Of a DNA stretch of 15,645 bases, positions 8,048 through 15,645 are shown piece by piece. The stretch is from the NCBI GenBank assembly GCA_003166335.1, contig PMWA01000084.1, positions 1 through 15,645 on the forward strand, read 5' to 3'. The position numbers and the translations under genes are program-made. The stretch is from Methanobacterium sp. (GTDB lineage: Archaea > Methanobacteriota > Methanobacteria > Methanobacteriales > Methanobacteriaceae). Under the pieces are notes generated by a model that did no database searches, was not told the origin of the DNA, and worked only from the letters and a program-made list of their open reading frames with translations. How positions within the stretch are numbered: position 1 is the first letter of the stretch; each line of letters opens with the position of its first letter.

Positions 8048-9781
8048 TTATGTTATAGGGATGGTGAAGTAGAAGGTTGAGCCTTTTCCTGGTTCGGATT
8101 CCACCCAGATATGTCCACCATGTCGTTTTATGATTTTTTTACTTATAGATAATCCTATGCCTGAACCGGGATATTTATTTCGAGTATGTAAACGTTTAAA
8201 TATCTCAAAGATTTGTTTTTGATATTCTTTTTCAATGCCAATTCCATTATCTTTCACAGCAAATATCCATTCTTTTTCATCTCTATGGGCAGATATATCG
8301 ATTATTGGAGTGTTTGATCCATGGAATTTTATGGCGTTGAGTATTAAATTCTGGAAAACCTGCCCCATCTGAGATTTATCCGCCATAATAATGGGAAGTG
8401 TATCATGAGTTATAATAGCATTACTCTCCTCTAGGGATACAGTTAAATTTGATAGAACATCATTTAATACGATTTCTAGGTCAACATTCTCAAAATCCTT
8501 AGTTTGATTAGAAACTCGTGAAAATGTTAAAAGGTCATCGATTAAATATTTCATACGATGAGCACCCTCAACTATAAAATCAATATATTCATCAGCATCA
8601 GTGTCAAGTTGATTTCTATAACGTCTTTCTAACAATTGGGTGAAACTAGTTACCATACGTAAGGGTTCTTGCAGGTCATGTGATGAAACATAAGCAAACT
8701 GTTCTAACTCCTTGTTTGATCTTTCCAATTCAATATTAGATTTTGAAAGTTCTTGAGTACGTTCTTTAACTTGTTCTTCTAGAGTTTCATTTATTTTCTT
8801 CAATGCGTTTTGTGTCTGTCTTTGTTCAGTAACATCAACATCCATCTCGAGGATTAAAGGTGTGCCATCTACATCTGTGAATGGGAAATCGTAAGCTTCA
8901 ATTATACTGCCATCTGGTGCTTTTACTTCCCATTGATGTGGTTGGCCTGTTTCAAGCACCTTATATGATTCACAAAAATCACATGGTTCTGTACGTCCGA
9001 AACAATAATCATAACAATATCGTCCTTCTGATTCGCCGAATTTATCACGGAAAGCTCGATTTGCAAATTTAACATGATAATCTGGAGTTAAAAGACATAT
9101 CATAGTTGGTAGAGTTTCCAGTACATCAAAAATTCGCTTTGCTTCAGCAAAACGTTGTTCATTATCATTTAAAGCTTCTTTCATCTTCTTTTTTTTGGTG
9201 CTTTCAAACTGTGTCCATTCGCCTTGACGTTTTACTAATGCAAATTCATGATTATTTACCACTTCTATTATCTCACTGGCATTGCATTTGTCAATACTAT
9301 AAGTACACATTGCGATCATTGGATAATTGATTAATATTGAGTCTACTTCTTCTTCATAATCAACGAAGTTATTCCAATTATCTTTCTCAAGCCAGGAAGT
9401 GTTACCGGTGAGTCTTAAACCATCAAATCCATTATCCAGCGCTTTATTTAATTTATTAACCCAACCATTAAGTACTATATCAGAATCGAATTCTCCTTCA
9501 ATTATATACCATTCATTGTAGGGAATTATTTCTAGTTGACCCTTCTCCAAGTATACATCAATATTTGGAAGGGCAAGCCTCAGTGCTTTTTCTACGTCTT
9601 CTATTTTTAATGGTTCAGATGTAACCCACATACAAAATTCATTATTCTCTAATCCTGCTTTGAAGTAAGGAACTAGAATATTAATTAAATCTTCTTTAGA
9701 TTCATAGAACATACAAAAATGGGTTCCCCATGGTACATTAGAGATACTATTAACACCGGTTTTTCTCAGGTCATCTTTCAT
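8048..9781 (-). CDS. Cytoplasmic sensor histidine kinase, MEDS-PAS-HisKA-HATPase
   Basis: MEDS motifs WGTHFCMFY, GFDGLRLTGN, IAMCTY; PAS with CYDYCFGRTEPCDFC; H-box FAYVSSHDLQEPLR; NLILNAIKF, DNGIG, GSGIGL. Confidence 0.92.
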   Translation of the reverse strand: MKDDLRKTGVNSISNVPWGTHFCMFYESKEDLINILVPYFKAGLENNEFCMWVTSEPLKIEDVEKALRLALPNIDVYLEKGQLEIIPYNEWYIIEGEFDSDIVLNGWVNKLNKALDNGFDGLRLTGNTSWLEKDNWNNFVDYEEEVDSILINYPMIAMCTYSIDKCNASEIIEVVNNHEFALVKRQGEWTQFESTKKKKMKEALNDNEQRFAEAKRIFDVLETLPTMICLLTPDYHVKFANRAFRDKFGESEGRYCYDYCFGRTEPCDFCESYKVLETGQPHQWEVKAPDGSIIEAYDFPFTDVDGTPLILEMDVDVTEQRQTQNALKKINETLEEQVKERTQELSKSNIELERSNKELEQFAYVSSHDLQEPLRMVTSFTQLLERRYRNQLDTDADEYIDFIVEGAHRMKYLIDDLLTFSRVSNQTKDFENVDLEIVLNDVLSNLTVSLEESNAIITHDTLPIIMADKSQMGQVFQNLILNAIKFHGSNTPIIDISAHRDEKEWIFAVKDNGIGIEKEYQKQIFEIFKRLHTRNKYPGSGIGLSISKKIIKRHGGHIWVESEPGKGSTFYFTIPIT

Positions 9782-9950
9782 TGGAGTTTTTCTCCGACTA
9801 TCATAAATATGTTAAAAAAAAATAATTCTATAAAATATGTTATTATAAAACATTATATAGTTTTTTATCTAACTCATGAAAATATAAAACTATGAATTCA
9901 TATGAAAACAGACAAACTGTACTTTATTTTACTTTTTGTTCTTTTATAAA

Positions 9951-11675
9951 CTAAAGAATAAATGGAATAAGTCTTTTAGTTTTCTTTGAATATTCAATGT
10001 ATTCATCTCCAAGTTCAGAGGTTAATGTTTTTTCTTCTACCTGGATGCGGTAACCATAAGCTACTGCGAATATGATTATTATTAATAGGGTGGCTGTCCA
10101 TGATTGTAATGCTAATCCAAATCCAATTAGGGAGTTACCGCATTTTATATTATCCCCTAAATCTGGAAGTGCTCTTTCTTTAAAGAGTTTTTGTTGTGCT
10201 TCTAAAGCATCTCGATTCTCTCCTTCCAGAACTTTAAGTAACAAACTGAGCTTAGTTACATTTACTGCTTGGGAGTCTATATCCACACCGTAGATGTTGT
10301 TTAGGAGTATTCTTTTCTTTTCTCTTATTGTGAGGTAATATTCTCCGCTTTTTCCCTGATATATCTTATCCTTTAAGCGATTTTTATCTTTATGTTTTGT
10401 ATAGTAATCTATGTGCCATTTTAATAAGTAAGTGAATGCTCCTAGGAGGAATGAACCAGATCCACAGGCAGGGTCTAATATCCTGAGTTCGGATACTTTA
10501 TTCGGTGTTTTACCCTTGCAGAGTTTCTCGACAGTATTCTCCACGATATAATCCACAATAAATTGTGGTGTATAGTACACACCACCTGCCTTTTTAACTT
10601 CGGGTTTATCTTCGATTTTAGCTTGATGTCCTGGGGTTAATCTGATGACTTTACCTAAGAATTGTTCATATACATTACCCAATATCTCTGGAGATAGTAC
10701 AGAAAACTCATATGGGCTATTAGGGTAATATAAGTCTTTTATAATAGTCTTGAAAATCGTATCATCTATCTTTAGATTCAAAGTAAATTTATCTGGTGAT
10801 GTGATTCTTCCATTCTCCTCATGGAAATGGAATAATCCAGAATTGTATTTTGCATCCGCTTTAATACAGATCTCACTGAAATGCTGGTAAATATTATCAT
10901 TATCCAGTAAAGTGCGGAGTTGCTCGTATTTTTCCACTCCTTGGTCTTCACACATCCTTAGAAAAACTATACGATCTATAATTTGTTGTACGGCATAATT
11001 CAGCTCTTCGATGGTTATTTCAGTATTCCGAAGAGCAATATTTTTAGCAAATAAATACCGCCATTCTTCAATTTCGGATAAGAATGCATCATCAACTTCA
11101 GTAGTGCCCCTCTTTTTCTTAGTCGCTTCTGCAAATTTATCAAACGACCCTTGGAGTACAGCCTGTCGAGAGAATATACTATATATCTCATCCCACTTTT
11201 CAAGATATTCATGGTAGTTTAGAAATATTATCCTGCCCGTGCTGGCTCGGTCATTCTTTTGAGGTTTCGTCCTCGACTCATAGACCGCCATCTCATCGAA
11301 ATCAGTGAGAATAGACAATGGTAGCTTAGCACTCCAAGCGTATCTCCTTAACTGATAGGAAGGTTCAATGCTCATTCTAACATTCACGGATGGCTTTTTA
11401 GCCTCTACAAAAAACATTTTCCTACCTGCCAAGGTGAAACAGAAATCAGGTGCTTTAGTACCACCACCAACCTTAATAGAATCCTCAAATATGACATCAC
11501 GATACTGGGGGGCTGCACCGGAAATATTATCCACATCCCATCCCAAAGCTTTAAAGAATGGATTGATGAATTCCTGCTTGAGCTGTTCTTCTTTGTAAGC
11601 TGGATTTTTATAGGCATTTAAATTACGCTCAAACTTATCCACCAACTCTCTTATCTCATTTGGTGCTTCCGGCAA
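9951..11675 (-). pseudogene. Truncated type IIG/IIL (Eco57I-like) restriction-modification enzyme fused in frame to the C-terminus of an ICMT-like membrane methyltransferase
   Basis: Nuclease motif APDFCF...FFVEAK; GVYYTP; motif I ILDPACGSGSFL; NIYGVDID; no NPPY. After IKCGNSLIG the sequence switches to FGLALQSW...YRIQVEEKTL...GDEYIEYSKKTKRLIPFIL, an ICMT/Ste14-type C-terminus. Confidence 0.8.
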
Positions 11676-11770
11676 TTTTCTATCTCCAATGTTTTGTATT
11701 AATGAATAACAAAAGTTATGTATCTATTTACTATAATTAATAATAAATTATTAAGTTACTGGGGGTTTTT

Positions 11771-12280
11771 ATGATGGTGATTGTAAAATGTGAGAAATGT
11801 GGGCAAGAATATCAATTAGGACCTAATGATAAACTTTCCGACTTTAAATGTGAATGTGGGGGAGAATTATCCTTAAAAGAGGCAGTAGTTGAACCTGTAA
11901 ATACTACAAAACCTAATAAACAACGTAAAAGTTGGAAAGAACAGACTAAGGGTGTTAAAGCTGGTGCTGATGAATTTGAATTTAATAAACTCTTTGAATA
12001 TGAAGAAAAAGCCAGTCGTTTAGAATTATTTATTAGGATATTTTATGCTATTCCTGTTGGCATAATACTCATTTTCTATAGTATAATAGCAGGTGTATTG
12101 GTAGCTTTACAATGGATAATAATATTAATCCTTGGGAAACGAAGTGAAGGTTTAACTGTTTTCATTAGAGGATATTTAGAATATAATATCCATTTAATGA
12201 GCTATTTTTCTATCATGACTGATAAAAGACCCGGAGTAACTCCTAAAAAAGTTAAAATATATGAAGTCATAGCAGAATAA
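11771..12280 (+). CDS. Zn-ribbon N-terminus joined to a DUF4389-like membrane domain (possible chimera)
   Basis: CEKCG...CECGG; then ASRLELFIRIFYAIP...LQWIIILILGKR...YFSIMTDKRP, resembling DUF4389. Confidence 0.65.
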   Translation: MMVIVKCEKCGQEYQLGPNDKLSDFKCECGGELSLKEAVVEPVNTTKPNKQRKSWKEQTKGVKAGADEFEFNKLFEYEEKASRLELFIRIFYAIPVGIILIFYSIIAGVLVALQWIIILILGKRSEGLTVFIRGYLEYNIHLMSYFSIMTDKRPGVTPKKVKIYEVIAE

Positions 12281-12313
12281 ATTTTATAATTTTACTTAAT
12301 AAATTATAAATCG

Positions 12314-12538
12314 AGAGATGGCTTAGATGCTTTCTAAACCAGATAAGTTGCCTAAACCTCCAAGAAAGGAACAACAAAAACAGGGGTAGACCTAAAGCAA
12401 AACAAAAGATGGAACAAATTACTATAAAGTTGCCCCCCCAAGATACTGGGAGAATTAATGAAATTATCATAAGAGAGCTACAATCCTATGAGTTATCACA
12501 TCCGCCAAGCTTTAGCAGAATATTTAGGAAAAAAATAA
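12314..12538 (+). pseudogene. Degraded ribbon-helix-helix (CopG-like) gene
   Basis: Pieces across frames: RDGLDA / SKPDKLPKPPRKE / NRGRPKAKQKMEQITIKLPP / KILGELMKLS*ESYNPMSYHIRQALAEYLGKK*; shift in the C7 run (12433-12439) and in-frame TAA at 12470. Confidence 0.7.
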
Positions 12539-13393
12539 TTAATTAAATCTTATATTTTCAATTTAGTCAGCAAACCTCATTCGTTATAAAATTTAAATGG
12601 ATATTAATCGTTTGATATACATGAAATGCATGATTTACACATAATTTTAGATAATACCAAATTTATTTTCTCTATTTCTTGTAATTATTAGTAAAATTGC
12701 TCAAATGATATATTTCATTTAAAGTCATTTAACTTAATCAGAATTAATAGTCTTTTTAATAATACAATAATATTCCTATTTAAATCCGATAAATTATTAA
12801 TTATTGAAAAAAATTTTGCATAATTTTGCATTTTTTAGAGATTTTTCTCAAATGTATGCGTTAGGTTTTGCATTCTTAAAAATTAAAATTTATAATTTTT
12901 ATTAATACTTTAAATCTATAAATTAATAATATATTTTTTAATATCAATCTTTTATTCATTCATGATAATTTAAAATAGGTTTAATTATATTATCATTTTA
13001 TCATGGTGTAATCTATTTCCTAGTCTAATCTATTAATCTCTTGAAACTATGCTGTTAATAATATCTCAACTTTATAACCGCTTAATAGGAAATAACTATT
13101 TTATTAGTTTTTTAATATGGGGGATGGAATAACCTCACAGCTTATATGTTCAAAATTTCGATTTTTGAATTACGGTCATAAAAAGACAGCCGAGTATTTA
13201 TGTGGCACATATCTAGTTACATAGGTGTTTAAAGAGTTATTCATGTAATTGACCTTAAATAGAGGAGATCCGTAGATAATAATGAAGTTATATAGCATTA
13301 TAAATGCTGGTTTTATAAGACACTCCATAGTATGTAATTATTTTAGAGTGTGAGAAATAAATGTGATGTTTTATGGTAATTAAAGTGATATAG

Positions 13394-13419
13394 TTTTCTC
13401 GCTCTCATCCTATAGTCAG
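13394..13419. repeat. Left arm of a perfect 26-bp inverted repeat
   Basis: TTTTCTCGCTCTCATCCTATAGTCAG, the exact reverse complement of 13966-13991. Confidence 0.95.
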
Positions 13420-13622
13420 GTTACATATATAGGTATAAAATATATATCATAAAAAATCTTCTTAAAATGGATTTAATGCAACTGTAATTAGTTAAATAAT
13501 AGTTATTCATAATATAATAAATTTTTAATGAATGTTTATTTCAAAGAATGATTAATATTCATTTAAAATTTTTTTTAATACATATTAAACATAATGTTAA
13601 TAAAAAAATAAAAAATATAAAG

Positions 13623-13751
13623 ACTCTCCCCCTAATATGATGCATATAAAGGATATAAAATGTTTCCAGTATCTGGAGTTATCCTCAGTTTACTGATTCA
13701 GGTACTGCTATTATTGTACGTGCTTAAAATTACTCTAGTTAGAAGGGGAGT
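13623..13751 (-). ncRNA. Candidate ~130-nt structured antisense RNA
   Basis: Minus-strand ends ACUCCCCUUCUAA / UUAGGGGGAGAGU pair at 12 of 13 positions (2 GU); internal AGGAUA/UAUCCU and UCCAG/CUGGA stems; TATA-like sequence upstream (~13765-13790) and U-rich tract downstream. Confidence 0.4.
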
Positions 13752-13770
13752 ATTTAGTTTTTTGATATAA
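13660..13770 (+). CDS. 36-aa hydrophobic single-TM peptide, type I toxin-like
   Basis: MFPVSGVILSLLIQVLLLLYVLKITLVRRGVFSFLI*; AAGGA just upstream of the ATG; not in the supplied ORF track. Confidence 0.5.
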   Translation: MFPVSGVILSLLIQVLLLLYVLKITLVRRGVFSFLI

Positions 13771-13965
13771 AATAATATAATATTATATAATTATTATTAT
13801 GAAAAAATTTAAAGAGTTTACAATACTTTATTTTATTCTAATTAAAAAAAACTGCATTGCTTGTGGAAATAAATAGATTTTATAAGATTTAAAATTTAAA
13901 AACATATTCTCCTGATGTTTTCGCTTTCTAAATATATTATATATTTTTAACCCTACCCTTTAAAG

Positions 13966-13991
13966 CTGACTATAGGATGAGAGCGAGAAAA
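13966..13991. repeat. Right arm of a perfect 26-bp inverted repeat
   Basis: CTGACTATAGGATGAGAGCGAGAAAA. Confidence 0.95.
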
Positions 13992-14232
13992 GTAATGGAT
14001 GTTTATTTCATAAATATATTATATTTATTTCTTGCTTTGTTAAAAAAAAAACTTAACTCATGGTTTGAATTTTGAAATACTATTCATATTCTTTATTAAA
14101 CCAATGATGATAGGGGACTGTAATAATTACAGAAAAAAATAAATTATTTAGGAAATAATTAACTTTAACTAATTATATTCGAAATAAAAAATATAATGAG
14201 CATATAAATCTCTTAAACTTAGAAAATAAGAG

Positions 14233-14799
14233 TTATATACTGAATTTATATTTCTTAACAATTTCGTATTTTTCTTCGGAATAACCTAAGTTTCTCAAGT
14301 AAAATAACTTAATCTTAAAAAGATATTTTCCCCATCCAACCTTTTTGTTAGTTATATCATTTTCTGGTATTCCAGCATCAATTAACTCTTGTTTCTTATA
14401 TCCATACACATATATCATAGATCTACCGCATGGAACATCTAAAGTGTGTCCTTTACCTTCTGAAGGATATTTCCACTTTTGTTCTTCCCAAGGACTATTA
14501 TCTTTTCGTTTTATTAAATGTTTAGCACTTCTTCTATTCCCATTAATCTTATAACGTTCTTTTGAAAGTCTATTCATGCAAATATTGCATATATCATTTC
14601 GCTTAGCATAGTTATAGTAATTATCGATGCTCAGAGTGTTTCCACATTCTTTACATATCTCTTTTTGGCTAAAATCTTCTCCAGCATATATTTCACGACA
14701 ATTGTTACATACACTTTCTATATCATCTGATTCATAGAATTCTTCCATTGTTAATTTAGAACCACACTTTTTACATCGAATATTTAACGTATCGACCAT
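14233..14799 (-). CDS. Hypothetical protein with two tandem C4 Zn-finger-like repeats and a basic C-terminal domain
   Basis: CKKC..CNNC and CKEC..CNIC with similar spacing; Lys/Arg-rich C-terminus. Confidence 0.75.
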   Translation of the reverse strand: MVDTLNIRCKKCGSKLTMEEFYESDDIESVCNNCREIYAGEDFSQKEICKECGNTLSIDNYYNYAKRNDICNICMNRLSKERYKINGNRRSAKHLIKRKDNSPWEEQKWKYPSEGKGHTLDVPCGRSMIYVYGYKKQELIDAGIPENDITNKKVGWGKYLFKIKLFYLRNLGYSEEKYEIVKKYKFSI

Positions 14800-14858
14800 T
14801 ATAATACTTCCTTTTACACTCTTATTTAATTTTTAGTCATTAATCCTTAAAGTATCCT

Positions 14859-14990
14859 TTAATATTCATAATTATCTTTGCGAACTTCTTCAAGTAATGC
14901 TTCCAGTTCAGCATCATCAATTCTAACTTCTTCAAGCAATGCTTCTAGATCATCATTATCAATATTTTCAGAATTTATTTCGTTGATCAT
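14859..14990 (-). CDS. 43-aa acidic peptide with a duplicated 14-aa motif
   Basis: GAGGT RBS; MINEINSEN-IDNDDLEALLEEVR-IDDAELEALLEEVR-KDNYEY*; 16 of 43 residues are D/E. Confidence 0.7.
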   Translation of the reverse strand: MINEINSENIDNDDLEALLEEVRIDDAELEALLEEVRKDNYEY

Positions 14991-15064
14991 ATCTTTTACC
15001 TCATTTTAAAGTCATATATTCACTTAATAATAAAAATTGGAATAAAACATCCATAATGATTCAA

Positions 15065-15247
15065 TTACATATGTTTTTTTCTAAATCTATTTTTTACAAA
15101 TTTAAGATACTCTGTTAATGCAAGATTTACAATCATGGATGTATCAAGATCAATTCCTGATTTATCATATATTTTGCCGGTAACCGATTTAATGGCCGAA
15201 TATTGCTCTTCATTTATGTATACACAATAAAATTCTTCATTAGACAT
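15065..15247 (-). CDS. Small RHH-like DNA-binding protein (60 aa)
   Basis: GAGGT RBS before the ATG at 15247; beta-strand YCVYI, a helix, then TSMIVNLALTEYL. Confidence 0.6.
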   Translation of the reverse strand: MSNEEFYCVYINEEQYSAIKSVTGKIYDKSGIDLDTSMIVNLALTEYLKFVKNRFRKKHM

Positions 15248-15258
15248 GCTTTTACCTC

Positions 15259-15405
15259 TCAATTTTTATTATTTATAGTCTTTAGATGTTTAATTACGGC
15301 TGTTTGAATAAATTCAGAAACATTGTTATAGTTTCCATTATCAACAGCATTTTTAATTGCTATTATATCCTTAAGTTCCAGCGAAACACTTTTGCTTAGT
15401 TTAAT
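15259..15405 (-). CDS. RHH (CopG/MetJ/Arc-like) protein with an ATT start codon (48 aa)
   Basis: GGAGGT 6 nt before ATT; (M)KLSKSVSLELKDIIAIKNAVDNGNYNNVSEFIQTAVIKHLKTINNKN*; its stop abuts the RBS of the next gene. Confidence 0.65.
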   Translation of the reverse strand: MKLSKSVSLELKDIIAIKNAVDNGNYNNVSEFIQTAVIKHLKTINNKN

Positions 15406-15538
15406 GATTTTACCTCCATTAAATTTAATTTATAATAACTTTTATTATAATCATTATTAGGAGTCAGGCACTTATATAGCTAACGGAAATGATCTAAAAT
15501 CGATTAATAAAACTTACCAATGGTTTTTATTTATTTTA

Positions 15539-15645
15539 TAACTAGTTCAGATTCTCCAGAATCAAAAGTCATCGTCATAACAGAAATTAGAACCTAATTA
15601 CAAAAAATGTAAGACAAAATAGGTATTCTAACTAGTTCAGATTCT
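15539..15645. repeat. 17-bp direct repeat with a 90-bp period; second copy cut by the window end
   Basis: TAACTAGTTCAGATTCT at 15539-15555 and 15629-15645. Confidence 0.85.

Noticed and set aside
12267..12470. 67-aa minus-strand hydrophobic ORF
   Set aside because: Antisense to the Lys-rich RHH pseudogene, which explains its Phe/Leu content
12812..12873. Tandem AATTTTGCAT x2 plus TTTTGCAT, loosely like the ATTTGTGCATAA promoter motif
   Set aside because: 10-bp rather than 11-bp period, low complexity and no gene downstream
13394..13991. Reading the 26-bp repeat as CRISPR, hammerhead ribozyme, retron or chromosomal oriC ORB
   Set aside because: Only two inverted copies and no cas gene; no CUGAnGA core with proper stems; no reverse transcriptase; no ORB consensus match or cdc6/orc1 in the window

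Overview
AT-rich accessory region, most likely from a methanogenic archaeon (Methanobacterium-like, inferred from TATA-type promoters, GGAG/GAGGT RBSs, an archaeal ArsR/membrane-protein pair and a MEDS-domain kinase). In order it contains: the 3' end of a TrkA/RCK-C gene; a frameshifted remnant of a proteasome-like gene; a PadR-MFS pair; an ArsR regulator followed by two small membrane-protein genes that share a 42-bp promoter with 11-bp repeats; a decayed membrane histidine kinase facing an intact MEDS-PAS kinase and Rcp1-like receiver; two apparent in-frame deletion chimeras (type IIG/IIL R-M::ICMT and Zn-ribbon::DUF4389-like); and an RHH pseudogene. The last ~3 kb looks like a mobile element. 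It holds a symmetric ~600-bp cassette bounded by perfect 26-bp inverted repeats, centred on a 36-aa hydrophobic ORF that overlaps a predicted structured antisense RNA (type I toxin-antitoxin-like layout). A minus-strand run of small genes follows (two RHH, an acidic repeat peptide, a Zn-finger protein), and a 17-bp direct repeat is cut by the window end. All family calls are from motif recognition and all RNA folds were done by eye; no searches were run.
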